DNA of 64,000 bases from Nitrospirota bacterium (GCA_963741205.1 CAVUHW010000020.1:160001-224000); one strand, 5' to 3'; positions 10,197-23,326 are shown, counted from the stretch's first letter. The notes: generated by a model from the letters alone, not told the origin. Made by a program: numbers and translations.

Positions 10197-13100
10197 ATGC
10201 AGCTCAAAACCCTCGAAATGATCGGCTTCAAATCCTTCTGTGACAAGACAATGATCACGTTTCAACCGGGCGTCACGGCAGTGGTGGGTCCGAACGGCTG
10301 CGGTAAGAGCAACATCTCCGACGCCATCCGCTGGGTCCTCGGAGAGCAGAGCGCCAAGCACCTCCGCGGCGACAAGATGGAAGACGTCATCTTCAACGGA
10401 AGCGAGAGCCGCAAACCCCTGGGCATGGCGGACGTGACGCTCCGGCTCACCAACGTCGGCGGCGGCATATCCTCCGAATTCGGACAGTACGAGGAAATAG
10501 AGATCACCCGCCGGCTCTTTCGCTCCGGCGAGAGCGAATACCTCATCAACAAGATACCCTGCCGCCTCAAGGACATCCGCGACCTCATGACGGATGCCGG
10601 CGTCGGCGCCAAGATCCACGCCATCATCGAACAGGACAAGGTCGACCAGATCCTTTCCTCCAAGCCGCAGGATCGCCGCTTCCTGTTCGAGGAAGTCGCC
10701 GGCGTCATGAAATACAAGGCCCGCCGCCAGGAGGCGCTCTCCAAACTCGAATCAACCCAGCAGAACCAGCTCCGCATCAACGATATCATCACCGAAGTTA
10801 AACGACAGGTCAATTCCCTGGACCGTCAGGCAAAGAAGGCAGAGCGTTACCAGAAGCTGCGTAGCGAGATGAAAGACCTCGATTTCCGGCTCGCCTCGGC
10901 GGAGTACTCGAACCTGGGGATCGAGTGGACTGCGGCGTCGGAGGAATTCAAAAAGGCCGAAGACGAAATAACGGAACTGCACGCCGCCCTCGGCACCATC
11001 GAGTCGTCCATCGAGGAAGCGCGCGCCGACGCCCTTGCCGCGGAGCATGAGCTCTCGGCGCTCCAGCGCCACATTCATGAGACCGAGACCGCGCTCAGCC
11101 GGGCCGAACACAAGGTCGAGATGTCCAAAAGCCAGATCGCCGCGTTAAGCGAGCAGCGCGGCCGCGACCTCTCCGACATCGAATACCTGAAAACGGAGAT
11201 CGCCCGTTCCACGCAGCAGCGCGAGCTGCACGAACGGGAAGCAGGCGCTCTCGGTGAAGAGATCGCGGCGCAGAATGCCCTCCTCGGAGAAAAGACCGCC
11301 GTGCTGGATGCAATGGCCGGAGAGCTCAGGGAAAAGGAACGCTCCCTGAGAGGACACGAGGAACGGCATCTTCAGCGCCATGAACGAATCCGCGGCTGAA
11401 AAAACAAAGATTGCCAACCTGCAGTCACGGATCGCGCAGATAGACGAGCTGGATGCCCGTGGGGCGCAGGAAGTCCGGGATCTTGCCCTGAAACTGCGGG
11501 AACTTTCGGAGCGGCTCGCGCAGAAAGAACAGGAACGCGGGGAAATAGCCGCCAGGCGCGCGGCCGCCCTGGAAGAGCGCGCCGTCGTCGCGGCGCGGCT
11601 GACGGAGTCCCTCGAGAAAAAGAAGTCGCTGGAAGCGGACCTGGCTTCAACCCGAAACAAGCTCGCGGGCCAGAGCTCCCGTCTCCGCTCCCTGATCGAG
11701 CTGGAGCAGCGCCTCGACGGTTACCAAAAGGGCGTGCGTACGGTCATGTCCGCGCGCAAAGAGGCCGCGGCCGGCGAACGCATCGGGACCATCCACGGGC
11801 TCGTGGCGGACATGATCGAGACCGAACCCCGGTATGAAACGGCGATCGAGGCTGTTCTGGGCGACCGGCTCCAGTACGTCGTCGTAGACTCGCAGACCGA
11901 TTCGCTCAAGGCCATCGACTTCCTCAAGACGCAGAGCGGCGGACGGAGCACCTTCGTCCCGATGACGCCGCGCGAGATGAGGTCCGAGCCCTTCATCAAG
12001 AACGGGCGCGCCGGTGTCATCGGTTCGGCGCTCAGCATCGTGCGCTGCAACGACCAGTACAGCAGCGTGGCCCAGTATCTCCTGGGCGACGTGGTCGTCG
12101 TCGACACCATGGACACCGCGCTCTATCTGTGGAACAAAGACGGGTTCAACAAGACCGTCGTCACGCTCTCCGGCGATATCCTCGACCCCGGGGGCGCCGT
12201 TACCGGGGGCGCCGTAGACGGGGGCGGGTCGGGCATGCTCACCAAGCGCCGCGAGATAAAGGATCTGGAGCATGAAGTGGCGGAATTGACGACACTCGCC
12301 GCGGGACTCGACGCCGAGCTGGCCGACCTGGACGAAGCCATCGAATCGGACCGGCAGATCGAGGCCGGGCTGTCCCAGCAGATTCACCTCGATGAAATCG
12401 AGCTCGTCAACCGCGACAAGGACGGCTCATCGCTGAAGGAGGAGATCGTCCGCTCGACCGACCGGTCGCAGACGGTCGAGGCCGAGGCCTCCGAACGGGC
12501 CTCGAAGCGACAGGAGCTGGATGCGGAGATCGGACGGTCCGCCGAAACACTCCGCGGTCTCGAAGCGGGCCACGCAAACGCCCAGGAAACCATCGATGCG
12601 CTGCAGGCGGAGCTTTCGCGGCGCAGGGAACATCTCGAATCGGCCCGCGCCGAGATCACCGAGATCCGCATGACCCTTGCCGCGCTCCAGGAAAAACAGG
12701 CCGCGGCTATGCGAAACGTCTCGAGCTTCTTGAAAGCCGAAACAGAACTGGTCGAGCGGCTGGTGAAACGCGATGCCGAAATCGAGAGCATTGCCGGGAA
12801 GCTCGCCGAGCTCGAGGCTTCCATCAGAGAAGCGGAGAGCGAGATCAAGGGACGCATCGAGGTCCTCGACGCCGGACGCAAGGTCCTCATCTCGAAACAG
12901 GAGGCGCATGGAGCGAAGGCCGAAATCGTCCAGGCCGCCGAGGAACAGGCCCGGGAAAAGAGGCACGGCCTCGAAACGGCCCAGAAGCGTCTCTCCGCAA
13001 GCGAAGTCCGGCGCACGGAACTCCGCATGAAGATCGAGCACCTGAAGGACCGGATCTGGACCGCCTACCATTCCGAATTGGAATCGGTCGTCCGGGAGCT

Positions 13101-13779
13101 CGGCCGGTTCGAAATCAACATGGAAGAGGCGACGCTCCGGGTCGATGAATTGCGCGAGAAGATCGACCAGATGGGGCCGATCAACGTCGATGCTCTCCAG
13201 GAATACAACGAGCTGAAGGAGCGGTTCGACCTTCTCTCTTCGCAGCAGAACGACATCAACGAGGCCATCGGCAACCTCAAGGCGACCATCTCAAAGCTCG
13301 ACGGAGAGACCGTAGATCTTTTCAGCGAGGCCTTCAGCGCCATACAGGAGAAGTTCAAGGAAGTCTTCTCCCTCCTCTTCGAAGGCGGCAGGGCCGAGCT
13401 CGTGCTCCTCGACCCGTCGAACATCCTCGAGTCCGGGATCGAGATCATAGCGCAGCCCCGGGGCAAGAAGTTCCAGAGCATCACCCTGCTGTCAGGCGGT
13501 GAGCGGGCGCTCACGGCCATCGCGCTCCTGTTCGCGGCCTTCCTGGTGAAGCCCTCCCCCTTCTGCATGCTCGACGAGGTCGACGCCCCCCTGGACGAGG
13601 CGAATGTCACGCGCTTCACGCGCCTCATCCGCGAGATGAGCAGCCGCTCCCAGTTCATCACGATCACGCACAACAAGCGGACCATGGAGATGGCCGACGC
13701 GCTCTATGGCATCACTATGGAAGAACCAGGCTGCTCACGGGTCATTTCGGCCATGCTTCGTGAGCCGGCGATGGCTTAA
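10197..13779 (+). CDS. smc: Chromosome segregation protein SMC (frameshift near 11350)
   Basis: [14 protein letters not shown], hinge region, LSGGE and LDEVDAPLD; AGGAGG RBS before the ATG. Confidence 0.97.
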
Positions 13780-13808
13780 TAACAGTCCGCAGTTCAGAAA
13801 GGCTGAAC

Positions 13809-14481
13809 ATGTGCGGAAGGTTTGAAATCCACAGCGCGCTCGATATCATTGCGAAGATATTCCAGATCGATGTGACGAACGTCGAAATTCAACCGAACTA
13901 CAATGTCGCGCCGAGCCAGGACGTTGCTATAGTTCTCCATGACGGGAAGAAGAAGCGCCTCGTCGCCTGCCGGTGGGGCTTCGTACCCTCCCGGTCAAAG
14001 GAACTCAAAATCGGCTATTCAACGATCAACGCCCGCGCAGAAACAATTACCACAAACCCCACGTTCAGGGACGCATTTCGAAGCCAGCATTGTCTCGTGG
14101 TAGCGGACGGTTTTTTTGAATGGAAAAAAGAGGGGCGCTTGAAGAAGCCCTACTATATCAGGGCCAGGTCCGACAAGACCCTTTGGCTTTGCCGGATTAT
14201 ATAATTATTGGACGTCCCCGGAAGGCGAAGAGTTTTGTACAACGACAATCATTACGACCAATGCGAACGAACTGCTCCTGCCGATACACGACCGAATGCC
14301 GGTCATCACTCCTGAAGATAGCTATGACCTCTGGCTCGATCCGTCCCTTCATGGAAAGGAAGCGCTTCTTTCCATCCTTAAACCCTTTCCTTCTGATCAA
14401 ATGGAATGCTATCCCGTGACGCCCAAGGTTAATTCTTTCAAATACAATGATCCGGAAAACATAAAACCGCTGGAATGCTGA
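13809..14481 (+). CDS. SOS response-associated peptidase (SRAP/YedK-like), frameshift near 14180
   Basis: MCGRF N-terminus, NARAET, GFFEW, HDRMPVI. Confidence 0.9.
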
Positions 14482-14492
14482 TTTTATGATTT

Positions 14493-15654
14493 TCAATTTG
14501 CATTGGTTGCGGCCTCTGGCCGCGCTATGATCTGCTCCCTGCCGATCGAGTCCGGAGATACTGTTGCCGTGTCATAGATGCTGACCGGCACCCAGGGACT
14601 CCCCAATTTCGACCGTACTTCCTCTTCCTTCCCTTCTGCACAGACGATCGCCCGGACAACGCCGTCCTGTTTCACGACCAGGACCTTGTCGGGAACATCC
14701 GCGGTCTTTTCCAGAAAGGGTTCTTCCCAGCGCCGCAGTTCTTCCTGGAGAGCCTTATCCAGGGTCGTCCTGATCGTCAGGCCTCCGCGGTACAACTCGG
14801 TTTCATCGTAAAGGGACAGGAGCGTCTGCTCCAGCGCCCGCTGATAGCAGGCCCGTCCGTTCCCGCCGGAGAGCGCGGTGAAATCAAACCTGCCGCTTCC
14901 TTCCCGCCTGAGCGTGATCGGAGCCTCGCGGGCCGCGGCATACTCTTCATCGGTCAGGATCCGTGGCCTGATGCATGTTGAAAAGCACCTGCTGCTGGCG
15001 GCGACTGACCTTGTTCATCCTCTTGTAGGGGTTATAATAGTGGGGGTTCGCTATCATTCCGGCGAGAAGCGCCGCCTCCGCCGGCGTCACTTCCGTCGCG
15101 TGTTTGTCCAGGTAGTACCTGCACGCCGCCTCGATGCCGTTCACCTCGTCTCCCCATTCGATTTCGTTCAAATAGATTTCGAGGATCCTGCGTTTTGAAA
15201 GAATTTCCTCTGCCTTCCGGGCCAGCACATACTCGCGTACCTTGCGGGTGACGGTCTTCTCCTTTGACAGGAGCACGTTCTTGATCATCTGCTGCGTAAT
15301 CGTACTTCCACCGCGGGCGAACTTCTTTCTCTGAACGTCGACGACCAGGGCATCCCACGTGGCCTGGTAGTTCACGCCGTGATGTCCAAAAAAAGTGTCG
15401 TCTTCGGCAATGACGACCGCCTGGATCACGACCTTGGGAAGGGCCGCGATCGGCGTCCAGACGCGGAACTTCCGGTCATAGTAGTGCGTCAGAACGCCGC
15501 CGTCCTTGTCGAGCACCTCGGCGGCAGCAGCGGGGCGGTATCGTTTGAGGACGGAGACATCGGGAAGATTATTGAGGGCGGAGTAGAACCACAGAAAAAT
15601 CGCGAGGATGGAGACCGCGAGGATCAGGAGTCCCGCAAAGAAAAGCTTTTTCAT
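14493..15654 (-). CDS. Peptidoglycan transglycosylase-domain protein (frameshifted)
   Basis: AEDDTFFGHHG, GGSTITQQ, RK.RE and LEIYLN GT51 motifs; C-terminal YRGGL.I.TTLD. Confidence 0.85.
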
Positions 15655-15986
15655 GGCTCGATGCTATTTTTTCTCCTCGTCGTGTTTTTTTGCATGGTGA
15701 TCATCCCTTCTACAGAAGGGCCCCGGATTTTCGCCTCACCCCCAGCCGAGGCCGAGATTGAACCGGGACACGGCGAGCACGAGAAGAACGAGGATTATTG
15801 CTGTTACAACCGCATCTGACATGGCACGCTCCACTCTAATGTTCGCTGGCACTTTGCCGTGGCCAGTTATGAGTGCCTGCCTAGAGGACCGCGAGCCACA
15901 GGTCCATGCTTCATATCAAAATGGATTGCTCAGACATTGCGGGAATGACATCCTTTTACTATGTTTTTGCAATGGCTTATTTGCTG

Positions 15987-16547
15987 CTACCGCTCCGCGA
16001 TGAGGCCCCTCAAGACCCGGGGTGCGTCGGGATCGCGCCAGTCCCGGGGACCGATGATCTTGTAGCGGACCACACCCTGACGGTCCAGAATATAGGTTTC
16101 GGGCAACTTATAGGTCCCGTACGAACTCGCGATCGACCCGCCGGGATCCATGAGAACCGGAAGCTCGATGCCGTTCTTCCGCAGAAAATCCTTCACCGCT
16201 GCTTCGCCGCCTTCGTCGACGCTCACCGCGAGCATCTCGAAGTCGCTGCCGGGAAGCTCGCGGTTAAGCTGCGCCAGCGTCGGCAGCTCTTCCACGCACG
16301 GCGGACACCAGGTGGCCCAGAAGTGGACCATCACGATCTTGCCGCGTGTGTCCGAAAGGCCGACGGAGCGGCCGTCGGTAGAGGGGAGCCTGAACTCGGG
16401 CGCCCGGTCGCCGGTTGCGATGATCTTCTTCGGGGCCTTTCTGTCCTTGACCACGTAACCCGCGACGGCAACCGCGACGGCGATGACCAGGACGGCAAGT
16501 AATAGTATTTGTTTCGTGCCGCCGCCTTGTGCGTCTCTTGGCGCCAT
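15987..16547 (-). CDS. TlpA/ResA-family thiol-disulfide oxidoreductase
   Basis: FWATWCPPC motif, LPETY, N-terminal membrane anchor. Confidence 0.92.
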   Translation of the reverse strand: MAPRDAQGGGTKQILLLAVLVIAVAVAVAGYVVKDRKAPKKIIATGDRAPEFRLPSTDGRSVGLSDTRGKIVMVHFWATWCPPCVEELPTLAQLNRELPGSDFEMLAVSVDEGGEAAVKDFLRKNGIELPVLMDPGGSIASSYGTYKLPETYILDRQGVVRYKIIGPRDWRDPDAPRVLRGLIAER

Positions 16548-16935
16548 CTCTCGTTGGGCCTCTCTCTTTTTTGCGCAACCGAAGTTTTCTACTGTCTGAC
16601 GAATGATATTATACGGTTTATCATGGACGGTATCAAGGAGAAAATCGGGATGCGTTTTTCGATAATACGCCGGGAGCTACATTGGCCATGGTTTCTACGA
16701 AAGCAAACTTTTTTGCATAAACGACTCTGTGAAAACGCTCAAAACCCCTCACTGTCATACCCGTCCCGCTTTAAAGCGGGGAGGCTCCAGCGGGTGTATG
16801 GGTCTTTTAGAACCTGCTTCAGAATGGATTCACCCCGACCTCTCGCGGGAACGACGAGAAAGTACACTGCGTGCCTTGCTACACTATGGATTTTTATTTG
16901 AAATATCAGGCCGGTCTGATATAATACGGACTGCC

Positions 16936-18757
16936 ATGATTCATGAAATAAAATTACACGGCCAGGCCAACGAAACACTGGACTATTTCGTCACCATCAC
17001 GGGCGCGGACCTGAGCAGCAGGTACTGCTACGAGTCGCTCCCCGAAGGCGACCGGTTCTTTTCCGGCAGGAACGAGTTCGTCATCACGCCGACGGGCATC
17101 GCCTACATGGGGACCGGCGGCGGTCTCTGCGAGTACATGTTCGGCGTGGACTTGCCGCTCAAGGACCTCTTGAGGAAGGACGTCTCGAACCGGCTGGTCA
17201 TGTACGGCGCCTACTACGACAAGGCCGACAATATCATTTTTTCGAACAACACCGCGGGCAAGGAGTCCTTCGACCATGTCTTCCTCACCGGCAACGCGGT
17301 CTCGAACTACTACTTCTTCGTCCATACCTCACGGCGCGGGGAAATCGGGGACATCCAACGAGATCTCCTCAGGAACATCGGCAAGCAGTTGAAGCGAAGC
17401 ACGACCGTCGGCGCCGCCCAGGACACCCGTCTCTGCCGCGAGATCTTCGAAGCCCTGGACGACCCCAAGGCCCTCGTTTTCCTCTTTCGCCTTCTGAACC
17501 GCCACAACGAGGAGTATTTCAATACCTTCAACCGGTTTTATTCGGCGCACAAAGCGCTGACCGCCGAGGCGCATGCGGAACTGGACAAGCTGGCGCTCAA
17601 ATATAACATCATCCCCTACCAGCAGGAACGCATCAAGATCGACGGGATGTACAAACTTCACGAGAACAAGAAAATCGTCGACGAATACAAGGACATCCTC
17701 ATCTCCGTGACGGAAAAAGGCGAGGTGAACCCTTCCGAACTGGCAAAGCTCTCCCGTCTGCGCACGCTCTCCCTGCGCCTCAACATCCCCCACAACCTCT
17801 TCGACACGCTGGACGAACTTCTCCTGAAGGACATGAGCATCGTCGAGGTTGAAGAGCCCGACTATGTCCGGGAAACTCGGGCGATCTTCGAGGGCCTGTT
17901 CCTCCAGACCGACAAGATCAAAGGGCACATCTCTACGGAAGACCTCGTCAAGCTCCTCCTGGCCAAGCAGAAATCGACCCTGGTCCGCGACCAGGCCTTT
18001 GAGGGGCTGCTGCTTGGACACGGTCCGCGCCTGCGACGAGCACGCCCGCGACCGGAACGACATGAGCGTACTGGAGGTCATGAGCTCCATCCTCACGTAT
18101 TTCGACCGATACGACAGCACGGCGACGGCGATCAACAACCTCGCCTTCATGGAAAATTCGACGCTGACCGAAGGCAACATCAGGAGCATCTTCGGCAACA
18201 AGGAGGTCTTCGATCAGATCGGCCCCGACCTGTTCCGCGTGCTGTTCATCGCCTCCCTGCGCGACAACCGCTACCTGACCCGTTACGGCCGGAAAAAAGT
18301 CGACCTGCTGTATCAGGGGCTGCGGCAGATCAAATCGGGCGATACCACGTATCGCGAGCTTGCGGCCGCCATCACGAAGATCAATAACGACGACAAGATG
18401 TATATGTCCATCCATCGCTACATCAAGGACCGGTTCCGGAGCATCTACGCCGAGCTGAACTCGAAGGAGGACCAGGAGATCTTCATCCAGGACCTGAACC
18501 GGGAGCTCCAGTCCAAAGGGCTCGTCACCGGGCCGGTCCCGCACGGCGTATTCCATGAAATCATCCTGGATATCAGGAAGGAGTCGTTTTACCTCAACAA
18601 TCTCCTGCCGCACATCATCGTGTCACGGGACAATCACGTGCGCGAGGATTTCCTGATGAACAGCGGACTCGACCGGTTCTATGTCGAGGAGCTCGAAAAA
18701 GACTACTTTGACATGAATCAGATCGAACAGAACATACTCGATGAGATCAGAAAGTGA
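16936..18757 (+). CDS. Conserved hypothetical protein resembling the TIGR04442 family (frameshift near 18010)
   Basis: About 600 aa beginning MIHEIKLHG. Family assignment is from memory of Geobacter-type proteins and is unverified. Confidence 0.6.
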
Positions 18758-19951
18758 CCATGTTCAGGACGCTGGACCGCTACATATTCCGCGAAATGGC
18801 GCCGCCTTTCTTCCTCAGCATGGCGGTATTGCTGCTCGTGCTTTTCCTCCAGAAACTATTCCGGATTTCGGACCTCCTGATGTCGAAGGAGGTCAGCTTC
18901 GCGGCGACGGCGAAGGTGCTGATCTTCATCATGCCGGGGTTTCTGGTCATCACCATCCCCATGTCGCTTCTGGTGGCCGCGCTCACGGCCTTTTCGCGGA
19001 TGAGCGCCGATTCCGAAGATGACCGCCATGAAGGCGTCCCGCATCAGCCTCTACCAGATGATACGGCCCGTGTTCCTCTTTGCCCTCCTCTGCTTCGCCG
19101 CGACCGCCGCGACCTCGCTCGTCCTCGTCCCCAGCGCCAATACCGCGCTCAAGATCTATCTCTTCAATCTGGTCAAGTCGAGTGCCACGGTGGGCGTCGA
19201 GCCGGGCGTCTTCAGCAGCTCCTTCAACGGCATGGTGATGTACGTGGAAAAAATGGACCCGCACAACAACATGGAAGGCGTATTCATTTCCGATGAACGC
19301 ACCGCCGCGGAGCACTACACGATCGTCGCCCAACGCGGCAAGCTCATCGCGGACCCCCGGTCTCTGAACATTACGCTCGCCCTGCAGAACGGCTCCATTC
19401 ATACCGCCCCGAAAAACGACGAGGCCTACCCGCTCATGCACTTTACCGGGGCCAAGCTCTTTATCGACATCAACAGCTCCCTCGCCGGGAAGGACGCCCC
19501 CGGCAAGAGCTACGAAGACATGAGCAGCCCTGACCTGATCCAGGACATCGACAAAACGCGCGGGCAGGGGAAGCCGGTCTTCTCCCAGGAAACGGAGCTG
19601 CACAAGAGGCTCTCTATCCCCTTTGCCTGCCTCCTCTTCGGACTCATCGGCGCGCCCCTCGGCATCCGGCGGAGCCGTTCGGGCAAATCCGCGGGCATCG
19701 CCATCGCCCTGCTGGTATTTCTCATTTATTATATCATCCTGGGCGGGGCGACGAACCTCGCCGAGACCGGCACGTTCCCGCCGTACCTGGCATACTGGAT
19801 CCCGAATGTCGTCCTCACGCTGGCTGCGCTGTTTTTCGTTTACAAGAAGGGGCAGGAAGTAAACCTGAGGATCGGGTATGCGATCGCCAAGCGCTACTAT
19901 CAATTGAAGGAGCGGATTCTGAGCAAGCCCAACGCGCCGAAACCGCGGTGA
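18754..19951 (+). CDS. lptF: LPS export ABC transporter permease LptF (frameshift near 19020)
   Basis: LDRYI.RE, RMSADSE..AMKAS and ELHKRLSIPFAC; tandem with lptG. Confidence 0.9.
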
Positions 19952-19970
19952 GGGAACGGGACCAAATACC

Positions 19971-21056
19971 ATGACCCTGCTGAGCCGGTACATATTCAAG
20001 GAATTCATCACCCTCGTCGCGGGCGTCCTCCTCGGCATCCTCGTCGTTTACCTGTGCGTGGAGTTTCTCCAGAAGGCCGACAAACTCATCAAATTCCATG
20101 CCACCGTCTCGCAGGTCGGCCGGTACTTTCTCTTCAGCATCCCCAGCATGATCTCGATGTCGCTGCCCATGGCGACCCTGATCGGCGCGCTCCTGTCGCT
20201 CGGCGGCCTCTCGCGCCACAACGAGATCATCGCCATGCGCGCGAGCGGCGTGAGCCTGGGAAGAATCATCGCCCCCATGCTCGCCGGGGGGCTCGTCATC
20301 TCCGCATGCGGCTTCCTCAACAACGAGTTCATCATGCCCAAGTATACTTCGCTCGCCAACTATATCCGCAACGTCGAGATCGAGAAAAAACAGCAGCGGG
20401 TCATGTTCCAGCAGCAGAAACTGTGGCTCCGCGGGCCGGACAACAGCATCGCCAACATCGAGCTGGTCTCTCCGAATCGCAACGAAATGCTCGGTCTGAA
20501 CATCTATAAGCTGAATCCCGATTTTTCGGTGCGGGAACGGATCACGGCCGGCAGCCTCTTGTGGCAAGACGGCGCATGGAGGCTGCAGCACAGCCGCACC
20601 TATGCGCAGGAGGGAGATTCCGTGCGGACCCGCCCTTCCGACGGAGAAATATTCAACATCGTGGACAGTCCCAACGACCTGGGAATGATCGTCAAAAACT
20701 CCGAGGAAATGAACTTTCGCGAGATGTGGGACTATGTCAAGAGGATCAAGTCGAGCGGGTACAAGGCCGGCATGTATGAAGTCGAGCTGCACGACAAAAT
20801 CTCGTACCCCTTTTCCAGCCTGCTCATGGTGCTGATTTCCATTCCCTTCTCGATCCACAAGGTCCGCAGCGGCGGCGCCGCCAAGGGGTTTGCCTTTGCC
20901 GTCATGATCGCCTTCTTCTATTGGACACTCATGAGTGTCGGCGGGTCGCTCGGCCGCTCGGGCGCCGTTTCCGCCATTGTCGCGGCGTGGTTCGCGAACA
21001 TTTTTTTCGGCGGCGTCGCCATCATCGTATTGTTCCGCATGCAGCGGGCGGCGTAA
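19971..21056 (+). CDS. lptG: LPS export ABC transporter permease LptG
   Basis: LSRYI, NEIIAMRASG.S, AAWFAN. Confidence 0.9.
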   Translation: MTLLSRYIFKEFITLVAGVLLGILVVYLCVEFLQKADKLIKFHATVSQVGRYFLFSIPSMISMSLPMATLIGALLSLGGLSRHNEIIAMRASGVSLGRIIAPMLAGGLVISACGFLNNEFIMPKYTSLANYIRNVEIEKKQQRVMFQQQKLWLRGPDNSIANIELVSPNRNEMLGLNIYKLNPDFSVRERITAGSLLWQDGAWRLQHSRTYAQEGDSVRTRPSDGEIFNIVDSPNDLGMIVKNSEEMNFREMWDYVKRIKSSGYKAGMYEVELHDKISYPFSSLLMVLISIPFSIHKVRSGGAAKGFAFAVMIAFFYWTLMSVGGSLGRSGAVSAIVAAWFANIFFGGVAIIVLFRMQRAA

Positions 21057-21105
21057 ATAACCGGCTCGTGGCCTTACGAAGGTCTTCAGAAATATAGCGT
21101 CTTTT

Positions 21106-21183
21106 TGTCATTCCGCGGAAGCAGGAATCCGATCTTTGTATTGAAAAGCCAATGGATTCCGGTGTCAAGTTCCCGGAATGACA
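21106..21183. repeat. Palindromic intergenic repeat copy
   Basis: tgtcattccg...ggaatcc...tggattccgg...ccggaatgaca. Confidence 0.75.
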
Positions 21184-21213
21184 CCAAAAGAAAGAGATTT
21201 CTCTTTTAACGTC

Positions 21214-21888
21214 ATGGCGAAACGCTTCGTAAAAATAGTGCTCGGCCTTGCGCTCGTTCCGGTTTGTCTGGGTTTTACCCGGCAGCTGGCCGCGACGGTT
21301 TTTTCCGTGGCGTACAAACCTGATGCGCCCTATGTCTTTCTGGCCGGCGGGCTGTCCTATCTGGTCGTTCACCTGCTCTTCAAGAAGCCTATTTTCACCT
21401 ATGTCATCGGGCACGAGTTTACCCACGCCCTCTTCGCCATGCTCTTCGGCGGGTCGGTAAAGTCCCTGCAGGCCGGAGAACGGGGCGGCCGGGTGACCGT
21501 CACCAAGTCGAATTTCGTAATAACCCTGGCGCCTTATTTTTTCCCCCTCTACACGGTCATCGCCATGGGATGCTACGGCGCCGCGCGCGCCTGGAGCGCC
21601 GGCCGGGCCGCGACGAACACGATCATTTTTTTCAGCGGCGCCGCGTTTACGTTTCATCTGGCGCTGACGTTCATGTTCCTGCGGACCGATCAAACAGACA
21701 TCAACGAGCAGGGCGCAATCTTCTCCTATCCGCTCATCTACCTGTTCAACATAGTCTTTGCGGGGCTTCTCATCGGTATTTATCTTGCCGAAGATATGGA
21801 TTACCTGAGGTTCTTCGCCGGCGGGATATTCAAGAGCGCGGACATGATCATGATGCTCGTAAATAAGGCGCATGGGTTGATGCGGTAA
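21214..21888 (+). CDS. M50B-like membrane metallopeptidase
   Basis: HEFTH zinc motif, LAPYF, several TM segments. Confidence 0.75.
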   Translation: MAKRFVKIVLGLALVPVCLGFTRQLAATVFSVAYKPDAPYVFLAGGLSYLVVHLLFKKPIFTYVIGHEFTHALFAMLFGGSVKSLQAGERGGRVTVTKSNFVITLAPYFFPLYTVIAMGCYGAARAWSAGRAATNTIIFFSGAAFTFHLALTFMFLRTDQTDINEQGAIFSYPLIYLFNIVFAGLLIGIYLAEDMDYLRFFAGGIFKSADMIMMLVNKAHGLMR

Positions 21889-22033
21889 CGGTTACGAAAA
21901 ACGTAGCGTAAACGTGGTGAGGTCAGGTTCGCGGTACAAGGTGGCTACGATGTCTGAGCTTTGATACGCTCGTTCACATAGCCGGAACCTTGAACCGCTC
22001 ACATGACAACCTGAGCAGTTACGAAAGGCAAGC

Positions 22034-22648
22034 ATGCTTCTGGTAGGACTGACGGGCGGAATAGCCAGCGGGAAGAGCCTCGTAGCGCGCGTCTTCAAGG
22101 ACCTCGGCGCCCGCCTGATCGACGCAGACCGGATCGTCCATGAGCTCCTGGAGACGAACCGGGAGACGCAGGAGGATGTGGTCGGCCATTTTGGAAGCAG
22201 CATTCTCTCGCCGGACGGAAGCATCGACCGGCGGAAACTGGGCGAGCTCGTCTTCGATGATGAGGAGAAGAGGGCATGGCTCAACAACTGCCTGCACCCG
22301 AAGGTCTTCGACGCCTTCCAGTCGCAGATCCGGCAGATGCTCGGCCGTCCTCCCGATACGGTCGTCATCCTCGACGCCGCACTCCTCATCGAGACGGCTT
22401 ACCATCGGAAGATGGACCGGGTCGTCGTAGTCTACGCGGAACCCGAGCAGCAGATTGACCGGCTTATGAAACGCGATAACTTTACCCGGGAGCAGGCCCT
22501 CGTCCGGATACGAAGCCAGATGCCCCTTGCGGAAAAACGCGGTCACGCGGATTACGTCATCGACAATACGGGGGCCCGCGAGCGCACGGAGCGTCAAGCC
22601 CGCGAGGTCTATTCCAAGCTCAAGCAGGAAGCGGAGAGAAAAGCGTGA
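22034..22648 (+). CDS. coaE: Dephospho-CoA kinase
   Basis: GLTGGIASGKS, IDAD, LHP, SQMP. Confidence 0.96.
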   Translation: MLLVGLTGGIASGKSLVARVFKDLGARLIDADRIVHELLETNRETQEDVVGHFGSSILSPDGSIDRRKLGELVFDDEEKRAWLNNCLHPKVFDAFQSQIRQMLGRPPDTVVILDAALLIETAYHRKMDRVVVVYAEPEQQIDRLMKRDNFTREQALVRIRSQMPLAEKRGHADYVIDNTGARERTERQAREVYSKLKQEAERKA

Positions 22649-23112
22649 AATCCGGCGCTCTCACTATCATCCCCATGACGCGCTCGCATATTCGGGCCTG
22701 CGATGCTATTGCCGCGGTTTCAGAACCGTGGCAGACCTTGAACGAGCGAATCGACTTTCTGAAATACATCAGGTTAAAGCAGGCTTTTGTCTGCTTGCTT
22801 GGGGACGAACCCGCCGGTTTTGTTATCTTCACGCCGGAGCCGGTTTTCGCGAGAGGCGGTTACCTTCGCGCGATCGGCGTTGATGCCGCAATGCGCAGGC
22901 GCGGCATCGGCAGGATGCTCCTCGATTTTGCCGAAGGGATGACGGCCAGACGTTCACCCAACCTTTATCTGTGCGTTTCATCGTTTAACCGCAAGGCCCG
23001 GGCATTTTACAAAAGTCTGGGCTATACTCGGGTCGGGAAACTCCCCGGCTTGATTATTCCGGGCGCCTCAGAGTATATTTTTTGGAAAAGGCTCAAGAAC
23101 AAAAAGGCATAA
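22645..23112 (+). CDS. GNAT family N-acetyltransferase
   Basis: RRRGIG acetyl-CoA motif; N..A..FY.SLGY. Confidence 0.9.
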   Translation: MKSGALTIIPMTRSHIRACDAIAAVSEPWQTLNERIDFLKYIRLKQAFVCLLGDEPAGFVIFTPEPVFARGGYLRAIGVDAAMRRRGIGRMLLDFAEGMTARRSPNLYLCVSSFNRKARAFYKSLGYTRVGKLPGLIIPGASEYIFWKRLKNKKA

Positions 23113-23326
23113 CGTAAACAAAACAGTGTTTTGTATTGATTAAGGCGGAGTGATAAATATAAGGGCCAGTTTGACACCAATATTCTTAAAATCATGTTGC
23201 AAATTTCAACAACCAATGGCTCAATCAATTATTGGCGCTCAAATCACCCTCTGCGCGTCAAGCAGGTTGTCTGAAAAATTCGCTTTTTTGTGGATTCGAA
23301 CATAAATTTTGATATAATGACGGCTT

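Noticed and set aside
15651-15821. Small hydrophobic ORF upstream of the transglycosylase
   Set aside because: It has a plausible RBS but no recognisable family and an uncertain frame.
10197-19951. Frameshifts in smc, SRAP, transglycosylase and lptF (also queC, patatin, aor, adh, IS110) as pseudogenes or programmed frameshifts
   Set aside because: They are scattered single-base indels, including in genes expected to be essential, with no shared slippery motif. Sequencing error is the simplest explanation.
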